NCBI GenBank assembly: GCA_028534125.1
Contig: CM052818.1
Coordinates: forward strand, 45,200,001-45,264,000
From: Lama glama
Taxonomy: Eukaryota
Direction: 5' to 3'
DNA: 64,000 bases
The position numbers were made by a program, and so were the translations under genes. Numbering within the stretch: the stretch's first letter is position 1; each line of letters opens with the position of its first letter. A model generated the notes under the pieces. The model did no database searches and was not told where the DNA came from. It worked only from the letters and a program-made list of their open reading frames with translations. Below are positions 48,900-61,321 of the stretch, piece by piece.

Positions 48900-50975
48900 C
48901 CCCACATTGTTGTAAGCCCCTTCCCCTCCAGCTGAAATGACTCCCAAGGGATAGAAAGAGCCAGTGCCCTTTCCGTCTCCCTTTATTTTTCTATTTTTCC
49001 CATTTTCAGAGCCAGACATTAAGACTAGAACATTCAAAAACAACTGTGCATATGGGGAAAATTGGAAACTGACTGTGCATGTCCAGGGAAAGCTTCAGGA
49101 AAGACCTGAGGAGACCTTAAGTTTATACCTCAGGCTGGTCCTTGGCTCAGAGACAGCCTACAATTAAAAAAAAATAAGCAAAAACAATAACAAAAACATC
49201 AGGATCATATGATTTCCAGAGCTACCACATTATTAGATTCAAATATACAGTGTTAAAAAAAAACCACACAAAACATACAAAGAAACAGGATGGTAGGGCC
49301 CATTCAAAGTAAAAATATAAATCATCATAAATTGTCCCTGAAAAAGACCTGATGGCAGATCTACTGGACAGAGACTTTAAAACAACTGTCTTAAAGATGC
49401 TCAAAAAGTAAAAGAAGATTTGGAGAAAGTTAAGACAACAAAGTAGGAATAAAATGGAAATATCAGTAAAGAAATAGAAAACCTAAAGAGAAGCCAAAAC
49501 AAAATTCTGGAGCTGGAAAGTACAATAACTGAAATAGAGGGAATCAAAGGCAGATTTGAGCAGAAGAAAGTCTCAGAAAACTTGAAAGTAGGACAATGGA
49601 AATTATTGAGTCTGAGGAATGGAAAGAAAAAGGATTGAAGACAAGTGAACAGAGCCTAAAGAACTCATGAGACACCATTAAATGGACCAATATATGCACT
49701 GCAGTAGTCCCAGAAGAAGAGAGAGAAAGGGGCAGAGAGAATATTTGAAGAAATAAGTACAAAGCTGAAAGACTGACACTTCCTGATTTCAAAACTTACT
49801 ACAAATCCACAGAAATCAAGATAGCATGATGAATAAAGAAGATGTGGTGTATACATACAATGGAATACCACTCAGTCCTTAAAAAGAATGAAATAATGCC
49901 ATTTGCAGCAACATGGATGAACCTGGAGATCGTCATCCTAGGTAAGCCAGAAAGAGAAAGAAAAATACCATATGATATCGCTTATATGTGGAATCTAAAA
50001 AAAAAAAAAGACACAAATGTACTTACTTATAAAACAGAAACAGACACACAGAGAGAACAAACATGGTTACCAGGGGATGAAGGGGGAGGAAAAGGATAAA
50101 TTAGGAGTTTGAAATTTGCAGATACTAACTACTATATATAAAATAAGCAAAAGTTTCTTCTGTATAGCACAGGGAACTATATTCAATATCTTGTAGTAAT
50201 CTATCATGAAAATGAATATATGTATATATATGTATGACTGAAACATTATGCTGTACACCATAAATTGACATAACATTGTAAACTGACTATATTTCAATTA
50301 AAATAAAGACTATTCAGAATTTAAAGAAAAAAGATAGTGTGGTACTAGTATAAAAGAGACATACCGACCAATGGAATAGAATAGAGACCCCCAAAAACAA
50401 ATTCTCATGGTCAAATGATTTTTGACAAAAGTGTCGATAGCATTCAATGGGAAAAGGGCAATTACTTCAACAAATGGTGCTGGGAAAAGTAGACATCAAT
50501 GTGTAAAAGAATAAGTTAAACCCTTACCTAACACCATATGTAAAAATTAACTCAAAGTGGATCAAAGACCTAAATGTAAGACCTAAAACTATAAAACGTT
50601 CAGAATAAATCATAAGGCAAAAACTTCACGATGCTGGATGAGGCAATGATTTCTTCAATAAGAGGACACCAAAAGCACAGGCAACAAGAGAAAGAAATAG
50701 ACAAATTGGACTTGATGAAAAATTTTAAACTTTGTGCGTCAAAACCAACATCAACAGAATAAAAAGGCGTCTCCCAGCATGGGAGAAAAAATGTGCAAAT
50801 CATCTGATAAGAGATTCATATTCAGAATATATAGAGAATTCACTAAGCTCACAACAGAAAAACAAACAACTTCATTCAAAAATGGGCAGAGGACTTGACA
50901 GACATTTCTCCAAAAGGAAATATACAAATATACAAATAAACACGTGAAAAGGGCCCACAATCACTACTAGGCATT
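48900..50975 (+). mobile_element. Old L1M element (ORF1 and ORF2 remnants), interrupted by a younger L1
   Basis: A-rich ORF1-like sequence (agagactttaaaacaactgtc...gaaattattgagtctgagga) and ORF2 3' motifs (caaatggtgctgggaaaa...gatcaaagacctaaatgtaaga); many stop codons. Confidence 0.8.
49829..50330 (+). mobile_element. Young L1 3' end with TSD
   Basis: gaataaagaagatgtgg...gaaataatgccatttgcagcaacatggatg...ctgtatagcacagggaactata. TSD aagatagcatg (49818-49828) / aagatagtgtg (50331-50341). Confidence 0.85.
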
Positions 50976-53769
50976 AATGGTGAGGCCTGGTGAAATGCTT
51001 GGCAGAGCAACGACAAATGGCCCATAAACATTAAGATAAAAGCTCAACCTCACTTGCTGTAATACAGCATTTTTCACTTACCAGAAGGGCATATTAAAAA
51101 GATTTATAATTTCAGCTCTGGCAAGTACTCTAGGAAACAGGAACACCAACGCCATGGTGATATGGGGTGACATGGGATATGGTGTTGATTTTGGCATAGT
51201 TTAGTCAGAGAGTTATTTTCAGAATATCAATCAAACATTTTTAACAGAGATATTTTTGCCCAGGATTCTACTTCTAGGAATTGGTCCCTCTGATACACCG
51301 GCTCCTGCACACAAAACCATGTGCACAAGGATGTGCCCTGCAGAATGGTTTGTAACTGCAGAAGACAGGAAGCCATCTCAGTGTTACCAACAGGGACCCA
51401 GGGGATATCACGGATCACCAAGAAGTCTCTAAAAACCAGTGAGGCCGGCCTCTCACGGCTTGTCATGAAAGGCCGTACATCGTGCAGCAAGAGGAAAAAA
51501 GCAAATAAAACAGTATTGAGGGTCATGACCATATTTTTGTAGAAAACAGAAGACATAAAAACTCAAGCTTGGATTATGTGTAGAAAGGTTGATAAAGATT
51601 GGCACTCAACTGTTCAAATGGTGTCCTCTGGGGAGTGGGGCTGCAGAAGTGAAATTTGGATTTAAAAAATCCCATTGTTATGTATTAATAATAAGCCAAT
51701 AACAGGATTGCAAATACACAAAGCAATAAATTAATAAAGGAAACAAGAGCATGGCATGCTACCTGGGCACAACCCATTAAGATTTCTTTCAGACTAACTG
51801 CTGTTACTCTAGCAAGTCATCTGGGAGCCCCCAAGGGGAGAAGGAGTAAGGTGGGGGGGAGGAGTGGGCGCATTACGCAGGGGTGAGGCGGGGCGGAGCG
51901 GGACTGAGGAGGGAGGAGGCCCTCAGCTCTACCTGACGCGAAATAGAGAGCTTTCCCCCTTTCCTGGGTTTTCTGGATAATTCAAGCAAAGCAGGCTAAG
52001 GTCGGTCTGCCTTCCGGAAATTACCCTGTGCCTGGGGGGAGAGGGCCAACAGGTGACAGGCAGGGGCAGAGGGAGTTTCCCAGAGGTCCTGAAGCAAGGA
52101 TAACGGTGGCTCCATCTAGTGAGCTGTCCTCGGTCCTCAGAAGGGCACTTGGCACAGATTCAGCTGAATTCACGGGAAAATGGAGGTGAAGCCCCAGGAG
52201 CTGAGGAAACAGGCTCAGGGAGGCTGAGAAACTTGTCCTCAGTTCCTTTGCTGGTGGCCGCAGCATCAAGTGGGACCGACCTGTCCCCACTGCCTCTAAG
52301 ACAGGTCTCCCCAGCAGCAGCTGGGGGCACACCAGGGCCCAACGTGCCCCGCTGTGGGGAACCCAGACCTCAAGTCCCCCACATACAGTGCTGACTGGCC
52401 TCAGTGTCGAGGTACAGGGGCCGCCACAGGCCAAACCTCCCACTGCGGCCGCACGGCGGCCTGAGGAGTGGGGCCCAGAAGCTTCCACACAGGCGGGAGT
52501 CTGACCCCCAGCCTGTCCCCTGGTGACTCACAGGCTCTGGGCACCTCACCTGCTCTTTGTCTCTCTGCTTCCTCCTCAGTCAGGGGACAGGCCCCGCAGC
52601 AAAGTCATCAGGAAAATGTGAGGAGAGCAATTCAGTGACTTTCTTTTTTATGAAAACAAGATCCAGTGAGGCCTCTGGAAGGTTCCTGTTCTGGGGCCTC
52701 TGGGCCCTCTGGGCCCACTGACACTTTCCTTTGAATTCTCTCCTTGCTTCTCAGAAACTTGGAGTTTCAATAATGGAAAGATACTTCCATCTTCAGAGGA
52801 ATTCCACATGGCAAAGTCACACCCATCATGCAAAACAGAACTCACTATGGCCAGTTTGGCTTTTGTGAAGCTTGATTTGCCCACATCACAGCATAGAAAT
52901 TCTTGGTCTTCTTCAAAAAGCCAATCTACCTTCAGAGAAAATTTGCTCTCAGGGCATTGGGGGGGCAGGGGCATGGGGCCGAAATGCTTTGGGGTCTTTT
53001 AGGAAAAACCAGGAGTTCCCAAAGCACCAGCACACACTTGTCTAAGTTCTGGAGAGTCTGCCAAAAAACCCAGTCATTGTGCGCGACTGCAGGGGCCCCA
53101 GTGCTCACATGTGAAGAACACAGCACCACCAGCGTCCTGCAACCCGCAGCCCTCCCAGGGGATGGAGGGACAAAGGTCAGAAGGGACACATCACAAAATG
53201 GGACAACAGGTGACTGAGAAGCACCTGAAAAATGTATTCATTCATGCTGGTGATCCAAGAAATCTGCATTAAAACAATCACACATCATCTGCATTTTGCC
53301 AGGGAAACGATCAAAGTCTTTTACAGGCACTAAATTGACAAGGGTGTGATGGAACATTCTTGCAATCTCATTGGAAAACAATTTAGCAGCATGTGCAGAC
53401 AACTTTAAATATCCTTTGAATCAATAATTCCATTTCTGGAAGTGTAACTTTGGATCACCTAAAATGAAGGCGAAGGTTTATGCAAAGATGCTAATTGGGG
53501 TGTTAGTTATAGTAGAATGATCTGTGTTCTATTACCGTAAGAAATAAAATGAAACAATCCCTCCTCCCATTAAAAAAAATCCTTAAACATTACTTTAGAG
53601 TCACGGAAGTGTGACTAAAACACAATTTGCCCACCCAGAATCAACACATGGGGTCATAGTTGGAAGGGCCTTTAGGGACCAAGGAGAGGTGGGGACTTCC
53701 CTGAGGTCACATGGGGACCTATTAGTTGACCAGGGCGAAGACAAGGCCTCTAGGACAGTTTGATGCTCC

Positions 53770-53945
53770 CTGGGAGGGGGCTGCTAAAGGGTGCAGGGTT
53801 TCTTTGGGGGATGATGACAACATTCTGGAACTAGGTGGTGGCAGTGGCTGTACTATTTTGTAAGCATACAGGAGACAATGAATTGTACACATTAAGGGGG
53901 TAACTATTACAGAGTGTGAATTATATTTCAATTAAAAAAAAACCA
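53770..53945 (+). mobile_element. L1MB-like 3' end
   Basis: gggtttctttgggggatgatgacaacattctggaactag...tgaattgtacac...tgtgaattatatttcaatt plus poly(A). Confidence 0.7.
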
Positions 53946-55239
53946 AAATGACAACAATAACAATAAAAACATGTCCCACCCTTTCTCGTGGCTTCAAGAA
54001 TGGAGACCCAGCCTGGAAGAAAATGTCAAGCACTGCTTTGGCCCTTTATGCTGGATGCCACCACCTTCTCCAAGGTTCCTTGGCTCTGCTCCCTTCCTTC
54101 CCATCACCACAAATCTGTCCGAGCCCTGCCCTGGGCGGCTGTGCTAGGCTGGTCATGCCATCTTTGTCTGGGTTTCCTTCAACAGCCTCCTCTGTGCTTT
54201 CCCTGCCTTTCCCAATCCAGCCTCTTCCTGCCCATCCCTCCCACAGCAGCCAGAGGGATCTCTAAAAATACACACCTTAGCGTGCCATTGTATTGCTTAA
54301 ACATTATCAGTGGTTTCCCAAGAAGTTTAAATATTGACGTTCAAATCCCTTGGTAGAGTTTACAAGGAACGCCCCTCCCTGTCCGGCCTCCTCTTTCTCC
54401 ACCCCTCTCCCCACCCTTGCCCTTCCCACGCCAGCCTTCTGGAGCCACCTGGATGCTACTCACACTTCATAACAGCCCAAGTGCCCTCTCCTCAAGGCAA
54501 GTCACCTCTAACAAATATGACACAGTGTTGGAGAACACCCCACCCGGACATGTTGCTTCCTGCGCTCATCAAAAACACACTATGTCCATTATGCCCCAGG
54601 CAATGTTATGGGAAACAGTAGTGAACAGACCTTTGTTGCTGCCCTCCTGGAGCTTACCCCAGGACCCTCCCTCCACCGTGTAAATTATCACCCTGCAAAA
54701 GTGCTGGTTTCCTCGTCTGGTACGCCACCAAGCAAACAGATCTCTGAAGATGTATTAATTGGGTGATCATCAGCACCTGCAAACATACAGTGGCTCCTAG
54801 AAAATACACAGACGCTCAGCAAATCCTGGCCAGCAGACTGGATTGGTGCCCTAGGATGCGAAGCAGGTGTCAGTTCAATGCTCCTCAGGGCCACTGTGGT
54901 CCCCAGGCATGCCTGCTTCACTCACTTGTTACCTAGGATCCAGATGATTCCTCTACCCCTCTGTCTCGTATCCCAGAACATGAACTTTTCAAAGAATGAG
55001 CATTTCTTAACAACAAAAACAAACACAAAGCAAACAAACCAAAACCCTTAGCATTGTTTCTGTCTACAAAAGAACATACTCAGTGCAGCTGTAACCAAGC
55101 TTAGTCCATGGCAAAGGGGCCGTGTCCCGGGACCCCGTGCTTTAGAGGGTCCTAAAGTGGCTCTCCTTCAAGCCACGCCCATCCCACAGGGTCAGGAAGC
55201 AGACAAAAGGTTTGAAGGTCAAGGGGATGTAAGCACTCA

Positions 55240-56650
55240 CACTCTGGGTACCAAGATCCCAGCTGCCTCGAGGGGTAGGCATTTACCCAAGAGAAACGAA
55301 AACATATGTCAGTACAAAGATTGTACATGGATGTTCGTAACAGCTTTATTTTCAGTAGCTCCAAACGGGAAACCATCTAAATATCCTCCAGCTTCCTCTG
55401 TCTCCACCCCTTAGTGAATGGATAAACAAATTGTGGCTTACTCACAAAATGGAATACTACTCAGCAGTTAAAAAGGCTATTAATATACACATTACAATGG
55501 ATAAATGGATATGGATAAATCCCAAATAATGATGCAGAATGGAAAAAACAGCTCAAAAAAGAGTACAGACTACAGCATTCCATTTATATAAAGGTTCCAA
55601 AACATGCACTCAATCTTACAGTGACAGAAAGCAGGTTAGTGTTGAAGAAGGTGTCATACGGAAACTTGGGGGTAATGGATATGTTCATTATCTTGACTGG
55701 GGTGATGGTTGTACAGATGTCAAAATTCGTAAGTCAAGTTTTACACTTTGATTTGACACAACACTGTAAAATGATTATGAATCAATAAAAAATGTAAATA
55801 AATAAATAAATAAATAAATAAAACAGTCTACCCAGGTTAAAAAAAAAAAGTTTTACACTTTGAAAATGTATCATTTATTTCATGTCATTTATGTCTAAAT
55901 AGAGCCATTTTTTTAAAGCCTACACTACACTGAGGTAGAATTTCTTCCCTATCAAGATCATAAAAATGCCAAAATTTGACAGCACATTTGACGAGAAAGA
56001 TTATAGGAAACTGGGGGCTATTAAATTTCATTGCTAGTGAAAATGCAGAATGGTCAGAGAAATCTGACACCAGCCATCAAAATTAAAAAGGCATATGACT
56101 CCTGGCCCAGTAATTTCCTTTGAGAATTCACCCTGCAGAGACACCTGCACACTTTTACGTGCAAAGTAATGATGTAGGAGCCAGATGATGTGCTGCTGGT
56201 TACAGTCCCCTTCCCCATAAAAGTAAAAGCCAAGCGTCCATCTCTGGGGCTGGTTCATAAACTCAGACATCTCCCCCACGGGGAATGCAAGGTAGCTTAA
56301 AAGCAAGAAAAGCTCTCTACCTACCCATAGGAGAAATTTCCCCGGCGATGGTGTTAAGTGAACAGGAAGCAAGATGCTAAAGAGCACATGTGGATTGCTG
56401 CCTTGCGGTTGAAAAGGGGAGAAATAAAAATACATGCTGGAATTTGCTTGTGTTTGCACAAAGACGCACCAGAAATTTATCCAAGCAACTCATGAAAGTG
56501 GCTTCCTAGGTGGGGGCCAGGGAAGGGCTGGATTGGAGAGCGTAAGGGAGACTTCTCAGAGTGTAGCCTTGTGTATTGTTTTTATCTTTGATACATGTGA
56601 ATGTATTACTTGTCCAGAAAAAAAAAACTTTTTTATGAGCCCTTTAATAT
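55240..56650 (+). mobile_element. Old L1M (MB/MC/ME-type) 3' fragments
   Basis: taggcatttacccaagagaaacgaaaacatatgtc...aatggaatactactcagcag...gatggttgtacag; a further diverged L1 segment continues to about 56650. Confidence 0.65.
55752..55847 (+). mobile_element. Very short young L1 3' terminus with perfect 16-bp TSD
   Basis: TSD aagttttacactttga at 55736-55751 and 55848-55863; body matches the end of the 2269-2497 copy. Confidence 0.85.
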
Positions 56651-56809
56651 AAATTTAGAATCTCTGGCTTTAAGAGACACTTCCCAGAAATGCTTTAGGC
56701 TCAGACGGGACAGTAGCTGTGTAAGTGCTGGTGACCAAGAGCAACATTCCTCAACGTCTCAAGCCCACCTGCCCAGAAACACCTGCGCCTCTGTTTAAAA
56801 TGCAGGTTC

Positions 56810-58299
56810 TCCACAAAAACAGACACATAGATCAATGGAACAGGATAGACAGCCCAGAAATAAACCCATGCACTTACGGTCAATTTATCCACGACTAAGG
56901 AGACAAGAATATACAATGGAGAAAAGACAGTCTCTTTAATAAATGGTGCTGGGAAAACTGGACAGCTACATGGAAAGGAATGAAATTAGAACATTCTCTA
57001 ATACTATATACAAAAATAAATCAAAATAGATTAAAGACCTAACTGTGCAAGACTGTATACTATAAAGCTCCTAGAAGAAAACATAGGCAGAACACTCTGA
57101 CATAAATTGCAGCAATATTTTTTTTGGCTGTCTCCCAAAGTAAAGGAAATGAAAACAAAAATAAACAAACGGGACCTAATTAAATTTAAAAGCTTTTGCA
57201 CAGCAAAGGGAATCATCAACAAAGTAAAAAGACAACCTGCTAAATGGAAGAAAATATTTGCAAATGATATGACCAAATAAGAGATGAACATCCAACATGC
57301 ATAAATAGCTCAAACAACTCAACTTCAAAAAACAAACAATTTGGTTAAAAAATGGGCAGAAGAACTCAACAGACATTTTTTGAAAGAGGAAATACAGATG
57401 AACAGGCACTTGAAAAGATGCTCAACTTCGCTAATCATCAGGGAAATGCAAGTCAAACCCACAATGAGATATCACTTCACACCTGTCAGAATGGCCACCA
57501 TCAAAAAGAACACAAGTAACACATGTTGGTGAGGATGTGGAGAAAAGGGAACATTGTTGGTAGAAAGGTAAACTGGTGCAGCCACTGTGGAAAACACTAT
57601 GCTGGTTTCTCAAAAAAAAAAAAAATAGGGGATGGGTATAGCTCAGTGGTAGAGCACATGCTTAGAATCATGTATAAGGTCCCAGATTCAATCCCCAAGA
57701 CTTCCATTAAAAAAAAATGAACGTTAAAAATAGACCTATCGTATGACCCAGCAATTCCACTCCTGGTTATATACCCAAACAAAACGAAAACACTAATTCA
57801 AGATACATGTACCCCAATGTCCATGGCAGCATTATTTACAATTGCCAAGGTATGGAAGCAACCTAAGTGTCCATCAACAGAAGAATGCATAAAGAAGATG
57901 TAGGGTATATATACACAATGGAATACTACTCAGCCATAAAAAATGAAATTTTGCCATTTGCAGCAACATGGGTGGACTCGGAGGGCATTATGCTAAGTGA
58001 AATAAGTCAGACAGAGAAAGAAAAATACTGTATGATACCACTATATGTGGACTCTTAAAAATGGAAGTAATGAACATAACAAAAGAAACAGACTCATAGA
58101 TCTTGAGAACAAACTAGTGGTTAATGGTGGGGAGGAGGGGGGAGAAGCAATACAGTGGTGGGGGAGTGGGAGGTACAAGCTGTTGGATATAAGATAGGCC
58201 ACAAGGAGGTTCTGTACAACCCAAGAAATTTAGCCAGTATTTTGTAATAACTGTAAATGGACTATAATCTTTAAAACCCATTTAAAAAATTTTTATGCC
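56810..58299 (+). mobile_element. L1 (ORF2 3' part + 3'UTR), 5'-truncated, inserted in a MER5-like element
   Basis: Typical ORF2 C-terminal sequence (aatggtgctgggaaaactggacagctacatg; atgagatatcacttcacacctgtcagaatgg). TSD aaaatgcaggttc (56797-56809) / aaaatgcagattc (58300-58312). Confidence 0.9.
57629..57725 (+). mobile_element. tRNA-Ala-derived SINE nested in L1
   Basis: gggtatagctcagtggtagagcacatgcttag A-box through attcaatcccc; TSD aaaaatag at 57621-57628 and 57726-57733. Confidence 0.85.
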
Positions 58300-61019
58300 A
58301 AAATGCAGATTCCTAGGCCCTGACCCAAATGTACCCAATCAGCATCCCCAGAGGTGGTGCCCAAGGACCTGTATTTTTTTAAGTTCCACAGGAGGTGGTC
58401 TGGGTGCTAGCAGAGGAGGCCCACCACTGTGAGATGACGGACGTGTACTCAGTTGATATTTATTCAGCACCTGCTAAGAGCCAGGCACGGTTCTGAAGGC
58501 TGGGCATAGAAATACCCCTGCTTTCTGGGAGCTTATAGTCTACAAGAGAAACACAGAGACGAACAAGGAAAGCATTAAATGGTAGTGTAGGGAATGCAGA
58601 GGGTTAAAACAGGATGACCTCGAGGGACTAGGCTGGCTGCTGGTCTGGAGGAGGCTTCTGGAGGAAGTGACATTCAGAGTGAGAAGGGGACGACAAGAAG
58701 GAGCCCACCTTTCAAAGGTAGGGTGGCAGGTGGGGGCCTTCCAGGCTCGGGGAACAGGTTGTGCCAGTGTGGCGGGAGGGGAGTGGGCCAGGTGGCTGTG
58801 AAGGAGGACACCTGGGGCCCCATCAGTTAGGGATCTAGGAGCCACAGTCAACAAGAGGCAGCATCTTCTACTGAGGGCACTGGAAAACCACAGGAGGGTT
58901 TCTAGCAAAAGAGTCACGCAATAGTGTGTCTTTAAAAAGATAATGGGGCTGCCGTGTGGGAGCAGGGAGATGGGTCAGGAGTTTGCTGCAAAAACAAAGA
59001 ACGAGATGAAATGGTTTGGAAGAAGGCAGAAGAGTGGACAGATGTGGCACAGGCTTAGGGTGGAGGCCACAGGGCTCCGTCGTCGCTGGAGTCTCAAGTG
59101 GACAGTCAGGAAGAAGGTGCTCAGACTGCTTGAGCACCGGGTGCTCGAGTTCAAAGGGAGCCTTTGATGAGACGGGAAAGACCACTTCAGAGGCGAATGG
59201 ATACGTGTAAGCTGTTCGTTGAGAATATGAACCTAGGAAGTAAAGCCAATGCCAAAAAAGAACCATTGAAAGCTGTCTCTTAAGCTCCTGAGAATAAGCC
59301 TAAGTGGCTCCATCTATGAAGCTGTGCAGAGGGCTGAGTGGACGTGCCTGGGCTGAGGCTGAGAGAACAGCAGGGTGGTGGCTCCCGGGAGCTGGCCCAG
59401 ATCTAAAATCGGAGTGCCTGATCCTAAATTCAACCTCCAAGCAGTCATTTGGTGAATTTCACCATGTTGCCTCAGGCTGGTCCTTACCCAGGGCATCCAG
59501 CATAGAAAGCAACATTCCTCATTCCCTGCTGGCTAGACTCTGGCTGGATTTTGGTTTGGCAAAAGCTGCTGGGAGTCGGGGAGAGGGGGAGGTAAGGGGT
59601 TGGGTAGGGGAGGGCGGGGGTTGGGGGTGCAGGCATCGGTATTGGGTCAACTAAGCAAAGCAGAAACTATCCCAGCAGGGCCTGAAGGAAGAGATGAAGG
59701 CAGGGCAGGCAGGGGAGAAGCTAGAAGGCCTGACACTCATCAGCTACGTGACCATGCACAGCGACTTAACTCGGTCAGCATCAATGTTCTCATCTAGAAT
59801 GTGGCGATTGTCACCCAGTTCACAGGGCTGTGGTGAAGATCCCATGAGGACATAGAGACACGGAAGGTGCCTAAGGCAGCGCCTGGCACACAACGGGTGA
59901 TCAATGAACGGCACTAAGTGAAACAGGGAAGTGACAACCAGCAGGTGGTGTGGACTCAAGACAGGGAACAATATAACAGAAGCAATGGAGAGCATCAAAG
60001 GGCAGCCCTCAGTGGAGTAAAACTGGCACAGACCTTTATGTTCCAGCAGGGAGAGCAGCAAAGTTCAACAAGTGTGGGAACTTGGATACAGCAGATATGA
60101 AAATCACTGACACTGTGGCTCCAGGAGACATCAACTCTATACAACGAGAAGAGAAACCAGCCACCCTAGGCATCCATGCAACACGTAGAAAAGGCACCGA
60201 AGGAAACTTCAAATTCCAGAAGGTAGAAAGAGCACTTATTTCATTCTCTAACAACAAAGCAATAATAAAAAATAAAATAAAATATGAAAAAAACCCCAAA
60301 GCAACAGAATTAGAGATGAAAAACAAAAACAGAAACAACAAAAAAACTCAACAGTCCAGAAATTTTAAAAAGCATTCAAAACAACTCGTAGAACATCTGG
60401 AAAAAAACGATGAAAATCCCACACGTCAGAAGTTACATAATACCTCGAGAAAAATTCATTCCTTAAACGTTACAGAAGGAAACAAAAAAGAACATAAATG
60501 AATTCAGCATGTAGCTCAGTATGTTTCACAGAAAAGAGCAAGGAAATAAATCCAAACAAAGCCAGAGGAAGGAAATTAGGATAAATGTAAAATTAGAAAT
60601 CAGAAAAGTGATAAAAATTGATCTTAAGGAATTGACCAAAAAAAGTTGCTTCTCTTAATAAGTGAAATAGGTAAACCACTGGGTAGCCTAATCAAAGAAA
60701 ATGAAATACCAAAAAAATGAGAAATTAGTAGAGAAACTCACAAAAATATACATTAGTAGACTATGTGGTATAAATAACTTGGAAAAGTTGATGAAATGAA
60801 TTATTCTCTAGGAAAATGAAGTTTACCAAAATCCAGACACCTCTTCCCACAAAGAGAAAGCTAAGAGACCAATAATCCTGGAAAATTTTGTGACTGGAGC
60901 TATTCTTGAAAACATAGCAAGCCCCAGTGGTCACAACGACACATTTTAAACCTTCCAGAAGCCAATCGTGGTAATGGTAATTTTATCATTGGTACATTGG
61001 TAATGGTACCACGTAAAAG

Positions 61020-61312
61020 CAGCTGTTCTCAGTCGTGGTGCCAGGAGCAACATCATGAGCATCACCTGGGAACTTAATCTAGGTTTTAACAAATCTTCCA
61101 GATGATTCTGACAAACACTACACCTTGAGAGCCCCTGATGTGAAGTGTTTGGCCATTCTATACCAAGTATGGTCAGCAGATCAGCAGCACCAGGATCACA
61201 GGGGAGCTTGGAAGAAATGCTGAATCCCAGGCTTAGCCCAGGCCCACTGAGTCAGACACTGCATTTTATCAAGATCCCCAGGGGATTCGTGTGCATGTTT
61301 GAGCACTGTCTG
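61020..61312. mobile_element. Two adjacent MER5A-like hAT-Charlie fragments
   Basis: agcatcacctgggaactt...ttttaacaaatcttccagatgattctga and gaaatgctgaatcccagg...ctgcattttatcaagatccccaggggattcgtgtgca. Confidence 0.65.
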
Positions 61313-61321
61313 GAGCTCAGC

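Noticed and set aside
52648..52974. 108-aa minus-strand ORF with protein-like composition in intron 3
   Set aside because: I recognise no family match, TSD or retrocopy structure, and ORFs of this length are expected by chance. A BLASTP/TBLASTN hit or PhyloCSF signal would be needed to revive it.
57629..57710. tRNA-Ala-like sequence
   Set aside because: It has an A-tail, a TSD and substitutions that break the cloverleaf, so it is a SINE and not a tRNA gene. The same applies to the other copies.
60082..60501. 139-aa K/N-rich ORF
   Set aside because: Reading frame through a degraded L1 ORF2 remnant plus an A-rich insertion; not a gene.
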